A stretch of DNA of 64,000 nucleotides from an uncultured Armatimonadetes bacterium (lineage in GTDB: Bacteria; Armatimonadota; Hebobacteria; Hebobacterales; Hebobacteraceae). The stretch's first letter is position 1, and every line of letters begins with the position of its first letter. Below, in pieces: positions 17,527 to 28,094 of this stretch. A program made the translations under genes and the position numbers. The stretch spans positions 32,001-96,000 of the forward strand of contig OY970296.1 of the NCBI GenBank assembly GCA_963716175.1, written 5' to 3'. The notes beneath the pieces were generated by a model. The model was not told the DNA's origin. It did not search any database and saw only the letters and a program-made list of their open reading frames with translations.

Positions 17527-19233
17527 ATGCGCCTGCTCTCACCGTGCCTCGTGCTCTTGCTGGTCTGCGCCGCGATCCTTCTCGCCTCCGCCTCCGCCCT
17601 CGCGGCCGACCCGGTCCTCACTCAACGCTGGCTCTTCGTCATGCGCGGCATGCGGACGGCCGAGGACGTTGATCGCACCGTCGCCCTCTTCCCACGCGCC
17701 AAAGCCGATGGCTACAATGCCGTCGTCCTCTCCGATGGCGCGTTCTATGGCCTGGACAGGGTTGACCAGTCCTACCGCGACAACCTCAAGCGCCTCCAGA
17801 AGGCCGCCTTCGACAATGGCCTTGACCTCATTCCCACCGTCATGCCCATCGGCTATGCGGGGAGCATTCTCGATTATGACCCGAATCTCGCCGAAGGTAT
17901 GCCCGTGAAGGACGCGCTCTTCGTCGTGAAGGACAAAGAGGCGCGCCTGGTCTCCGACCATCCCGTCGCCCTCGCGGGCGGCGACTTCGAGACGGCCGAT
18001 GGCAATCGCTTCTCCGGTTGGGAAATGCAGGACAATGTCGGCACCAGCACCTTCGCCGATCGCCAGGTCACCCACAGTGGCGGCCAGTCTCTGCGCATGG
18101 AGAACATCCCGCAGGCCGAACCCAAGTGGGGCCACTCCCGCCTGATGCAGACCATCAAGGTCACGCCCTTCCGCCAGTACCACTTCAGCGTCTGGGTGAA
18201 GACCCAGGACTTCGAGGCCCCCGAGACTGCGCGCGCCGTCGTCCTCGCGCCGACCGAACATGAGCAGTACATCGGCAACCTTTCCATTCACCTCAAGCGC
18301 ACCCAGGACTGGACTCGCTTCGATATGCTGTTCAACAGCCTCAGCTTCTCCGAGGTCCGCATCTACATGGGATGCTGGGGAGGCAAGAACGGCAAGATCT
18401 GGTGGGATGACGCGACCCTCGAGGAAGCCGGCCTCATCAATCCCCTTCGCCGCGACGGCTGTCCGCTCACCGTTCGCGGCAAGGACGGCACGGTGTACGA
18501 AGAGGGGAAGGATTTCGAGGCGGTCAAAGACTCGGAGCTCGCGCCCTACGCCTACTACCACGATCCCCTCGCCATCCGCCTCACCGCCCACAGCCGCATA
18601 CGCGACAGTGCCCGCCTGCGGGTGAGCTACTATCACCCGCTCATGAATCCCGCCGAGCAGCCGAACTGCTGCCTCAGCGCCCCGAGGCTCTACGGCCTCC
18701 TCCGCGACGAAGTGAAACGGGTCAACGACCTGCTGCACCCCAAGGTTTTCTTCATGCAGCACGACGAAATCCGCATCGGCAACTGGGACGCGTCGTGCCA
18801 GGACCGTCACCTCACCGCCGGCCAGATCCTCGCCGACAACGTGCGCAAGTGCATCCGCATCATCCGCGACATCCGGCCCGACGCCGATATCTGGGTCTGG
18901 TCAGACATGTTCGACCCCATGCACAACGCCGTCGGTAGCTACTACTCCGTGAACGGCAGTTGGGCCGGCTCCTGGGAGGGCCTCGACTCGAAGATCGGCA
19001 TCGTGAACTGGTACGGCGAACTCCAAGGGAAAAACGCCAAGTTCTTCGCCGATCGGGGGATGCGCCAGATCTTCGCCGGCTACTACGACGGTAACGAACA
19101 TGGCGAGGACGTCGCCCCCTGGTTCAAGGGCGTCGCCGGCCTCCCCGGCATCGTCGGCGCCATGTACACCACGTGGCAGGACAAGTATGCCGCCATGGAC
19201 GAATGGGCCCGTGCCGCCTGGGGCAAGCCCTGA
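17527..19233 (+). CDS. Secreted glycoside hydrolase-like protein (GH20-like barrel with CBM4/9-like insert)
   Basis: Signal peptide, AAGGAG RBS, GGDFE...HSG...WWDD CBM-like insert, MQHDEIR and WSDMF motifs. Confidence 0.7.
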   Translation: MRLLSPCLVLLLVCAAILLASASALAADPVLTQRWLFVMRGMRTAEDVDRTVALFPRAKADGYNAVVLSDGAFYGLDRVDQSYRDNLKRLQKAAFDNGLDLIPTVMPIGYAGSILDYDPNLAEGMPVKDALFVVKDKEARLVSDHPVALAGGDFETADGNRFSGWEMQDNVGTSTFADRQVTHSGGQSLRMENIPQAEPKWGHSRLMQTIKVTPFRQYHFSVWVKTQDFEAPETARAVVLAPTEHEQYIGNLSIHLKRTQDWTRFDMLFNSLSFSEVRIYMGCWGGKNGKIWWDDATLEEAGLINPLRRDGCPLTVRGKDGTVYEEGKDFEAVKDSELAPYAYYHDPLAIRLTAHSRIRDSARLRVSYYHPLMNPAEQPNCCLSAPRLYGLLRDEVKRVNDLLHPKVFFMQHDEIRIGNWDASCQDRHLTAGQILADNVRKCIRIIRDIRPDADIWVWSDMFDPMHNAVGSYYSVNGSWAGSWEGLDSKIGIVNWYGELQGKNAKFFADRGMRQIFAGYYDGNEHGEDVAPWFKGVAGLPGIVGAMYTTWQDKYAAMDEWARAAWGKP

Positions 19234-19244
19234 TGATCGGAGAC

Positions 19245-19491
19245 GGACGGTGCTCCCTGGAGGTGTCGGGCGCCCGTGAGACCGCAATTGCGGAGGTTCC
19301 CGGTCACCCACGCTGCTCACGCGGCGAGCCCCTAGACAGTGATCCGCGGCTCTGCGACCTTCCGGACCCGTGCCTGACCCCGGATCTGCTTCGCTGATCG
19401 ATCGGGCTTCTGCCAGTGGTGGCCCTGGTAGACCACCGACGGGGTCGCTCCGTCGAGCCCTCCATGGCAGCGGTGGCGGTTGTAGTAGACT
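19245..19491 (-). pseudogene. 3' remnant of the IS481-like transposase family of 41606-43140
   Basis: VYYNRHRCHGGLDGATPSVVYQGHHWQKPDRSAK...RITV*GLAA*; downstream GCGCCCGACACCT shared with the copy at 52308. Confidence 0.8.
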
Positions 19492-19496
19492 TCGGA

Positions 19497-19530
19497 TGTC
19501 AATCGGCTTCGAAAACTGACCCACCCTGGA
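19497..19530. mobile_element. IS21-like terminal inverted repeat fragment
   Basis: TGTCAATCGGCTTCGAAAACTGACCCACC resembles IS21-family ends; lies at the break of the transposase remnant. Confidence 0.5.
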
Positions 19531-19654
19531 TTGGTGAGATCAGTTCAGCGTGGCCTCTGGATTCCTCGTGTTGGTCCTCCAGCTTCCGTTTCCACTGGGT
19601 CAGGTCTCCACGCCGATTTCGCCTCTAGCTGGGTCATGCCGGCACGCCGCCTAA

Positions 19655-19727
19655 CAACACCAACGATCGCGAGAGTGACCAGCAGCTCAATGAACGTGAA
19701 CCCAGTGCCTTTCCCAGGCTTGGCCAT
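19655..19727 (-). pseudogene. Prepilin N-terminal stub
   Basis: MAKPGKGTG|FTFIELLVTLAIVGV; similarity then ends. Confidence 0.6.
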
Positions 19728-19941
19728 CTCTATTCCCCCTTGCTCCGAGGCGTGACGCGAGCGTACCAAGCCGCACCTCAGCCGTCAACGTGCAGAAGGC
19801 ACCCTGTCCACCCCGAAAGCCACACCTGGAGCAGATCAGCGGTACTCAGCAGCCTTGTCTCACGAGGAATGCCCGCCTTGTCGGGCAGTGGCTTCGTAAC
19901 ATTGGTTCCCGCGCCATTCGGGCCCGGGCTTCATCCACCGA

Positions 19942-22213
19942 TCACTGCCAAGCTGTCACCCGTGAGAGCTCAGATTGAAGCTTGCACAGACGGCCGTAGA
20001 GGCCGTCTCCGTCGAGCAACTCGTCATGAGTGCCGATCTCGACGACCCGCCCACGCTCCAGGACAATGATCTTGGAGGCTTTGCGCAGAGTGGAGAGCCG
20101 GTGGGCGATGGCGAACGTGGTTCGGTTCTCCACCAGGCGCTCGAGGGCTTGCTGAATCAGCATCTCGGTCTCGGTGTCAACTGACGACGTTGCCTCATCC
20201 AGGATGAGGATAGGCGGGTTCCTGAGGATGGCGCGAGCGATCGAGACCCGCTGGCGCTCGCCTCCGGACATGAGCTGACCCCGCTCACCTGTCAGGGTGT
20301 CATACCCATGTGGTAGATTCACGATGAAGTCGTGCGCGTTCGCCATCTTGGCGGCCGCGACGATTTCCTCTGCCCCAGCGTCGGGTCTGCCATAGGCGAT
20401 GTTCTCGGCTACCGTGCCGTGGAACAGGAACGGCTCCTGGAGTACGACTCCGATCTGCTGCCGGAGAGGGCGCAGGGCAAGCTGCCGCACGTCGATCCCG
20501 TCAATCAGGATCTGGCCGGACTCGGCATCGTAGAATCTGCTCAGCAATTGCACGAGTGTGCTCTTGCCTGCGCCGCTCGGGCCCACAAGTCCAATCACCT
20601 CGCCCGGCTCAGCCGCAAAGCTGATGTCAGTCAGAACGGGCCTTCCGGGCTCGTAGCCGAAGCTGACGCGCCTGAACTCGATGTGGCCGGTGATGCGCGG
20701 CAGTGTGATTGAGCCGGGGGCATCGGCGAGCTCGGGCGACGTGTCGAGCACCTCGAAGACCCGCTCCGCCGCGGTCAGCGCGTGCTGCACCTGGTGGTTC
20801 ATCTCGCCAAGATTCTCCACCGGATAGTAGAAGGACCAGAGCAACTGCGTGAACATCACCAGGGTGCCCGCGCTGGTCAGTTTCTGCAGCACCTGCATTC
20901 CCCCGACTCCCTGCACCACCAGGAAGCCGACCGCGGTCATGAGTCCGAGCGCAGGGAAGAATGTCGTCCACAGTCTGGCGGCGTTCAGCTCCTGGATGAA
21001 GAGAGAGGCGCTATGCTCGCGGAAACGTTTCGACTCCCGGCTCTCCTGGACGAAAGACTTCACGACCCGGATCCCGGGGATGGCGTCAGTCAGGGCGGCA
21101 TTCATCCCCGACCAGCGTCGCCACAGCTTGTGGTAGACGACATGGATGAGCTTGCCGAACCAGACGGTGCCCAGGACGATGAAAGGGGTCGGCAGCAGGG
21201 CGAGCGCGGCCAGCGTCGCGTTCGCCTGGAAGAGCATAATGCAGATGATGGGGATGGTGAGGAGATTGATCAGAATCTGCTGCAGCCCATCGGAGATGAA
21301 GTACTGCAGTTGCATGATGTCGTTGGTCACCCGAGACATGATCTGGCCCGTCTGCCGGCGACTGAAGAAACCCAGCGAGAGTAGTTGCAGGTGATCGAAG
21401 AGCTGGGTGCGCATGTCGAAGACGACGCGGGAGCCCAGCCACTGCATCATGTAGCCGCGGACCATGCTGATGCCCGCGTACACGACCTCGATCACCAGCA
21501 TCCAGATCACCACGATGGCAAGACCTGGCAGCCATCTCCGGTGCCAGAACCTGGTCAAACAGATACCGGGTCACGTAGGCCGGCAGCAGGCCGACCACTG
21601 TCAGCACGGTGCTGAGCGCGAAGCCCGTGATCGCGACCGCCTTGTGCGGGCCCAGGTAGCCGATCAGACGAAACAGCAGCTGCCTGCGCTGTATGCAGAA
21701 AGGGCACACCTCGGACCCGGCAGGGACTGCCCGTCCGCAGGTCTCGCACCGTCCCGCTTTCGAGGCAGACGCGGTGGAACGTTCCTGACCCTCGTCCTCG
21801 CTGCCAGTCAGTTGCCTCAGCAGATGGTAGACGCGGCTCGCCTCTGCCGCCACCGAACGGGAGAATCGGACCAGCTCAAAGGCCGCGTCGTCTGTGGCGA
21901 CCTCGAGAGCACCTCCTCCGATGAAATCCCTTAGCCGCACTCGGCGGACATCCGCTAGTGGGAGGTCCAGCTCCAGCCATGCGGAGCCCTCCTCCTGGGC
22001 GAGTGTGACTAGTCTCTGGTCAGTCACCACGAGCCAGCGGTTGCCGTAATGACCTGATAGTGTCATGTCCGAGTAGACAGTGGCCAGACGGGTCTCATCA
22101 GGGGCCAAGCAGGCGAACAGCTCCGCCGCCTGCTCGGGAAGATCCGCTTGCAGGGCCGCGTCGTTCAAGAACGGCTGCAGCTCTTTCGTCTCCATGCTGG
22201 TCATCGTCTTCAT
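19942..22213 (-). pseudogene. ABC exporter-type permease/ATPase with N-terminal extension and CxxC-CxxC finger (frameshift near 21545)
   Basis: GPSGAGKS, MSGGERQR, ILDEATSS; N-terminal ORF 21086-22213 with CETC...CPFC. Confidence 0.85.
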
Positions 22214-22761
22214 GCAATCGAGCCGCTCACCGGTGCCCGGAATCCCCTACCAGGCTTCGTGGGCCGGAAACTCGCCCGCCGCCAAGACGAAAAGCGGCAA
22301 TCCCTGCCTCACCCTTCGGCAGAGACGCGAGTGACCAAGGTGGGATCATCGGCTGGGAGTGAGAAGGGCCTTGTCAGTACGAGTCCGGGGAGAGGAAGCT
22401 TCAGTGAGTCCGGACTACTGCACAGGAAGGCTACCGCGTACGCGGCCGCTTGTCAATCGTCTGAACGGCTGGAACCAAACAGAAAAGTGCCAACAGGGAC
22501 GCTGTGCCGATGTCATCGGTCCCGGGCTCCCCACGTCTGCTCGGCTAGCGGCGGCCCTAGCTGCAGGCCGCCGACGAGCCTGCTAGCGGTGGCTCAGGCC
22601 TAACCTCGGAGATAAGTCCGGATGGAACGGTCGCTTGGATCGGGGGCACGGGAGATCGTGAAGAAGGCACCCCAGTACGGGCAGCTAAGCCCTTCTCCGT
22701 ATGCCAACGCGCGTTTGTGGCTCCAAAACGGAAGTTGTGCCTATCCGGTTGGCTCACCAGC

Positions 22762-22777
22762 ATACAACATATTGTAG
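22762..22777. promoter_or_regulatory. Possible NrdR-box-like palindrome
   Basis: ATACAACATATTGTAG fits the core of acaCwAtATaTwGtgt; weak second site at 22795. Confidence 0.3.
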
Positions 22778-22980
22778 GTAGTTGTCCCCCCAGAAAATCC
22801 TATCTAGGGTTTCCAAGAGTTTTGTCTCGCTGGGGCTCGCCTGATATCCTCGGGGCATGACTGGCCCGACTCATCATGCAAGCTCGGAAGCCGTCTGGAC
22901 GTGTCCCATCGCCATTTGACATGCGCAGAGTGTCTGGAGTACCCCGCCTGGGCGCAAGAGGTGAAGGCGCCCCTCCGACG

Positions 22981-24078
22981 CTACACGTAGTCCAGCCCCG
23001 GCAGTGGCACCGGGATGGGGAAAAGGCACGCGAGCACCGCTCCGAGTTCGCCCTTCACCTTCGGCGCGCCCGGCCCACCCAGCACCAACCTGCCCGTCTG
23101 CGACAGGTCCATCTCCTGGCCTTCATCGCCGTACGCGAACCGGCACGCCGCCTCCGTCTGCTCGAACCGGAGCCCGCGCACCTCCGCGGGCGACAGCCGC
23201 GCCAGCGCGTACGGCCGCAGGGCCCGCATTAGGCCCGGCAGGTTGAGCAGGCGGATGGTGTGGTCCGGGATGGTGCCGGGCCGGAATGCCAACCCGCGAG
23301 TGCGACACAGATACGTGAACTCCTCATCGTGCTGGGGGAATGCCACCCGAAGCTCCGTCACACTCCCGGTCGCGAACAGCGGCTCCAGGCTGTCGAGCAG
23401 CGCCGCTCGCGATCCCGCGTACTCGCCCAGCGCGCGCACCGTGCGCGGCACACCGCCCCACACGTGCGTAAGGCAAAAGTAGGCCACCGGCCGGCTATCA
23501 TGCTCTACCAGCCACACTCGGTGGTAGCCCTGGTGCAGATGGCCCGCGTAGTTCTGCGCGGTTCGCACGAAGCGCACCGGCTCGGCCTGGTGCAGCCGCG
23601 CCACCGCGCTCCAGTCCTCCGGCCCGGCGCGGCGTACTGTCACCGCGCCCGGTTCGGTGGGAACGTCGCCCGGCCGCACCGTCGCCCGCCACACCGGGCC
23701 ACTGGGCACGGCATGCGCGCGCCGGTAGAGGCCCTGGTCACCGGAGATGATCAGTAGCGTCGCCTTCGCCGCTGCCGCCTCGTCTATGCATGCCCGCAGC
23801 AGTCGCGAGGCAATGCCGCGCCCGCGGTAATCGGGATGCGTGCACACCCCGCCAAAGCTCACCACCTTCACCTTCGCCCCCTCCAGCGAGAGGCGGTTGT
23901 AGCTCATGTGGATGATGCTCACGGGCTGGCCGTCGAGGGCGATGATGCGCGTCCCCGCAGGCACCCTCGGGAGCTGCTTGCTGGTGCGCGGGGTCGGCGG
24001 ATCGAAGCCGAAGCAGAGCGCACTCAGCCGGTGCAGCTCGTCCATCTCCTCGGGGCGGGGTGGGCGCGAGGTATCCAT
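22981..24078 (-). CDS. GNAT N-acetyltransferase (Eis-like)
   Basis: GGVCTHPDYRGRGIA acetyl-CoA motif; tandem GNAT-like length. Confidence 0.85.
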   Translation of the reverse strand: MDTSRPPRPEEMDELHRLSALCFGFDPPTPRTSKQLPRVPAGTRIIALDGQPVSIIHMSYNRLSLEGAKVKVVSFGGVCTHPDYRGRGIASRLLRACIDEAAAAKATLLIISGDQGLYRRAHAVPSGPVWRATVRPGDVPTEPGAVTVRRAGPEDWSAVARLHQAEPVRFVRTAQNYAGHLHQGYHRVWLVEHDSRPVAYFCLTHVWGGVPRTVRALGEYAGSRAALLDSLEPLFATGSVTELRVAFPQHDEEFTYLCRTRGLAFRPGTIPDHTIRLLNLPGLMRALRPYALARLSPAEVRGLRFEQTEAACRFAYGDEGQEMDLSQTGRLVLGGPGAPKVKGELGAVLACLFPIPVPLPGLDYV

Positions 24079-24492
24079 GGTCACTGCTTCCTCTGTGGGT
24101 GTGCACTTCAAGAACCCTATCATGGCACTCCTGGGCGACTTGCGTCACCTTTGACGGCCTGCTATCCCTCCCTCATGAGTACCGCTTCGTCCTTCTTCTT
24201 CACTGCTGGAGGCATCCTTCGCGCCCTCTGTGAACTCGCCTGTCCTTGTTACGCGGCGATGGAACCGCCCAGATCAACGTTTCCCGACGATCCGGGCTGG
24301 TCTGCCGACAACTACAGCCCTAGCCAGCGGGGCAGCGATCTCGCACAGGCATCGCTGCGCCGGCAGCGCGCATACCGCGCCGGGGCCCATCTGCTGCCGC
24401 GGTGCTTTGCCCGCCCTGAGCTCAAGCAGCCGGTTCCATCGCCGCGTAACAAGGACATCTGGCTCCATGCGGGAGGCAGGGAAGGAGTCGGC

Positions 24493-25422
24493 ATGCTCAA
24501 GAGAAGACGCCCGAGGGAAGACCCAGCCCCGCCCCTTCCCGATCGGCGGGCGCTGGAGAAGGAGATGGCCAACCTGCACCGGTTGTTGGGCACGCGCCGC
24601 TTCGGCAGCGTGAAGGAGATGAAGGCTTTCCTGGAGCAGACGCTGGCCCAGACCGGGGGCCGAGTCCCAGAACAAGCTGCCGGTTCCCCTGTGGAGCAGG
24701 CGCAGAGCGTGATGTACGAGGCCTGGGATGCCCAGGGCAGCGTGCGGGTGGCGCTGGCAAGAAGGGCGCTGGAGATCTCGGCCGACTGCGCGGATGCTTA
24801 TGTGCTGCTGGCGGAGGAGACCGCGCACACCGCCGAAGAAGCACGTGAGCTGTACGCGCAGGGGGTCGCGGCCGGCGAACGCGCCTTGGGTGAGCGGGCC
24901 TTCAGGAAAGAACTTGGCCACTTCTGGGAGGTGCTGGAAGCCCGTCCCTACATGCGGGCGCGGGCCGGCCTCGCCCACTGCCTATGGGAACTTGGTCAGC
25001 GGGAGGCGGCGTTGGATCACTGGGTGGACATGCTGCGGCTCAATCCCGGCGATAGCCTGGGGGTACGCTATCGACTTATCAACGGGCTGCTGCAGTCGGG
25101 GCGGGACCGAGAGGCCGGCAAGCTCCTGCGAGTCTACCAAGGAGACGGCGGGGCCGACTGGCTTTACAGCTGGGCCTTGTGGGCGTTCCGCACCGAAGGC
25201 GACAGCCGCCGCTCCCGACGCCGTCTGACGGAGGCGATGGTGCACAACCCCCACGTGCCCGCGTATCTGCGCGGACTGCGGCCGCTGCCCCGACGCCCCC
25301 CAGAGTTGGTTGGGCTTGGAGACAAGGACGAGGCGGTCAGCTACGCGGCGGCGGCCAAGGTGATCTGGCAGGAGACGCCGGGCGCATTGGACTGGCTCGC
25401 CCACATTCAGCAGGCACTCTAG
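24493..25422 (+). CDS. TPR/ST7-like hypothetical protein
   Basis: ALEISADCADAYVLL, RPYMRAR, LRLNPGDSLGVRY; GAAGGAG RBS. Confidence 0.75.
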   Translation: MLKRRRPREDPAPPLPDRRALEKEMANLHRLLGTRRFGSVKEMKAFLEQTLAQTGGRVPEQAAGSPVEQAQSVMYEAWDAQGSVRVALARRALEISADCADAYVLLAEETAHTAEEARELYAQGVAAGERALGERAFRKELGHFWEVLEARPYMRARAGLAHCLWELGQREAALDHWVDMLRLNPGDSLGVRYRLINGLLQSGRDREAGKLLRVYQGDGGADWLYSWALWAFRTEGDSRRSRRRLTEAMVHNPHVPAYLRGLRPLPRRPPELVGLGDKDEAVSYAAAAKVIWQETPGALDWLAHIQQAL

Positions 25423-25814
25423 CAAGCGGCGGGCCATGTCGCCCCCTGTTGGTCAGGAGCTGACCACGCGTCCGGACAACGTTTCTGGGGAGGACAGGCC
25501 CCCGAGACCGACGACAGAATGCGCGACGTCAGCGCCGATGGAGACATGTCTCTACAGAGACCACTGAGCGATCGTCGGAACACAACACAGGGGATGGGCT
25601 TGACACGCCCGTCTTATGGAGACAAGGACAGCATGCATCGCCTCGGGCGCTCTCAGTCGCGCGGGCAGGGCCTCTGAAAGGCACCCCAGCCCCTGCCTCC
25701 GAAGCCCGATGCTGCCACTCCATTGGCCATCACCCTGTCATCGAATCGGTCCGCATGCCTTCCGGGCAGCGCCGATGGGTTATTGGATAGCACGCCCTCG
25801 ACACCTACAGTACG

Positions 25815-26888
25815 CTACGGCCGTTCTGCTGTTGCGCCGAATCCTGCAAACAGCGGCGCCGGGCCGGTTGACTGCCTGACCACGAGCCGAGCCGTCACCC
25901 GTGGACTCGGAAGCCGGTCTACGCCGTCTCGCATCAGCCACTCGAGGGCGAGGCTCCCCGCCTCGGCCCGCGGCAGAGCGAGCGTTGTGAGCGGCGGATC
26001 CGTGAAACGCGCAGTGAAGATATCGTCTACGCCGACGATCGAGAGGCGCTCGGGCACCCGGAACCCGGACTGCCTCGCGGCCTGAAGCGCCCCTAGGGCA
26101 AGCAGGTCGTTGTGGCAGACGATGGCGGTGACCTCGCCCGCGCCACGCAGGAGATCGAGCACTGCGGCCTGACCGGTCTCCGGGCGCTGGCCGCCCCTTG
26201 CGGTCGCGATCCATTCGTCGGGGAGCTGAAGGCCGTGGTCGGACAGCGCTTCCCGGAAGCAGAAGAAGCGACTCTCGCGGCTGGCGGGACGGTCGGTCGG
26301 ATCCCACAGATAGCCGATGTTGTGGTGACCGAGAGAGGCCAGGTGGGCAACGATGTCGCGCATGCCGGTGCGGAAGTCGATCGAGAGACTCCGGGCTCCC
26401 TCCGGCAGATGGGGCTGTAGCTCCAATCCAAGCACGCGGATGTGAGCGGAGAGCAGGCGCTCGACGTGGCGAGAGTCGAGGCACCAACCCCACATGATGA
26501 CGCCGTCCACGCGCCTGCTGAGCAGCATCTGGACCTGGCGCCAGGCGGCATCCTCCTCGGTTGGCGCGGTGCATACCATCACACTGAGCCGGGAACCTTG
26601 AGCTGCCAGTTCAACACCTTTGATGAAGTCGGCGTAGAATGGGTTTCCCAGGTCACCAACGAGCACCGCCACGGTGTGCGTGTTGCCCTGCCGCAGGCTC
26701 TTCGCGACGTAGTTGATCTCGTAGCCAAGAGTCTCTATGGCAGCTCGGACCCGCGCGGCGGTGGTTTCGCTGACCGATGTGGTCGCGTTGATGACGCGCG
26801 ACACTGTCGCGACAGAAACGCCCGCGCGCCGGGCGACGTCCTGCATACGCACTCTGGCCTGGCGATGCATCACTCGAATGGCTTTCAC
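25815..26888 (-). CDS. LacI family transcriptional regulator
   Basis: MQDVARRAGVSVATVSRVIN HTH; CHNDLLALG; VGVDD; start uncertain. Confidence 0.95.
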   Translation of the reverse strand: MKAIRVMHRQARVRMQDVARRAGVSVATVSRVINATTSVSETTAARVRAAIETLGYEINYVAKSLRQGNTHTVAVLVGDLGNPFYADFIKGVELAAQGSRLSVMVCTAPTEEDAAWRQVQMLLSRRVDGVIMWGWCLDSRHVERLLSAHIRVLGLELQPHLPEGARSLSIDFRTGMRDIVAHLASLGHHNIGYLWDPTDRPASRESRFFCFREALSDHGLQLPDEWIATARGGQRPETGQAAVLDLLRGAGEVTAIVCHNDLLALGALQAARQSGFRVPERLSIVGVDDIFTARFTDPPLTTLALPRAEAGSLALEWLMRDGVDRLPSPRVTARLVVRQSTGPAPLFAGFGATAERP

Positions 26889-26931
26889 TCAGAACGCGGC
26901 AAGAGGCGAGGTCCGCCGCGGGAGTATGCGC

Positions 26932-27923
26932 CTACCGGACGATGAGCACCTTGCCCGACTCGCCCGAGGCGAAGGTGGCAAATGCCTGGTCTGCCTCGCG
27001 CAGCGGGAATCGGTGCGTGACGAGGTCATCAACCTTGAGCCCCCGCCAATGGAGGTCGAGGATCTCGTAATAGTCACTGGGGTTGTAGTACCACGAACCG
27101 ACGGCCGTGATCTCCTTGCGGATGAAGTGATTGCTCGGATGGATGACGGAATCGCCCTTCTCGCCGACGAAGCCGACCTTTCCGAACTCGCGCACGCACT
27201 CGAGCGCGGCAGTGAGGGTCTCCTGTGTGGGACTGCAGTCGAGGGCGATATCAACGCCAGCGCCGTGCGTAAGGTCAATGATGGCCTTGGCGGGATCCTC
27301 GGCGCCCGGGTCAATGACGGAGTCTGCGCCGAGCTGCTTGGCGAGGTTCCGACGATACGGCGAGAGGTCGGCCGCGATGGCGCGGGCGCCCATGAAGTGG
27401 AGGAGGGCGAGCATGCCAAGACCGATGGGTCCGCAGCCCAGCACCGCAGCCGTATGGAACCCGGTGGCGCCGAGACGCTTCAGGGTTCGGTAGGTGGTTC
27501 CGATAGTGTCGCCTCCGAGCAGGACGCCGCGCTCCCAACTCACGTCATCGGGCAACGGCAGGCAGCACATTCGGGCGCGGCGATGAGCTCGGCATGGCCG
27601 CCGATGAGATAGCCCATCTCCGGGCAATGCTCGTAGTCGCCCCGCCTGCAATGGTGGCAGTGGCCACAACCGATCATTATCTGGAGCGCGACCCGGTCAC
27701 CCGACTTCACATGCCGGGTCTGGTTGGCCCAGACCACCTCGCCCACCATTCCGTGGCCGACGATCACCCCGTTCGACCCCTTGGCGCTGTGGTAGGAATG
27801 CAACTCGCTGCCGCAGATCGCCGAAGCGGTCAGCCTGACCAGAGCTTCCCCAGCCTTCGGCTCCGGGTCCGCAAACTCCCTGACCTCTGCCTTGCCACCC
27901 CCAACGAAGACGACGCCAAGCAT
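26932..27923 (-). pseudogene. Zinc-dependent alcohol/polyol dehydrogenase (frameshift near 27572)
   Basis: ICGSELH, GHGMVG (E replaced by G), CGHCHHC..C and GCGPIG split across two frames. Confidence 0.85.
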
Positions 27924-28094
27924 TCTACCTCCTAATGATGCTCGCACAAAGAAGCAACAGCGGCAGGACCATGCGCCCGTCTGCGGCGTAGTCTGTCCGC
28001 GTTTCGCCGTTACCTCCCTTGGCGAAATGAGGTGGCCATTGGCGCGAGTCGCTGCTGCGGATGTTCGCCTGCTCGGCCAATGCTCCCTCCTTGC

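Noticed and set aside
22214-22460. Riboswitch upstream of the ABC transporter
   Set aside because: Short repeats and hairpins present, but no recognisable cobalamin, TPP or SAM core motifs
23836-24492. N-terminal 219 aa of ORF 23836-25422
   Set aside because: Overlaps the GNAT gene on the opposite strand; the RBS supports ATG 24493
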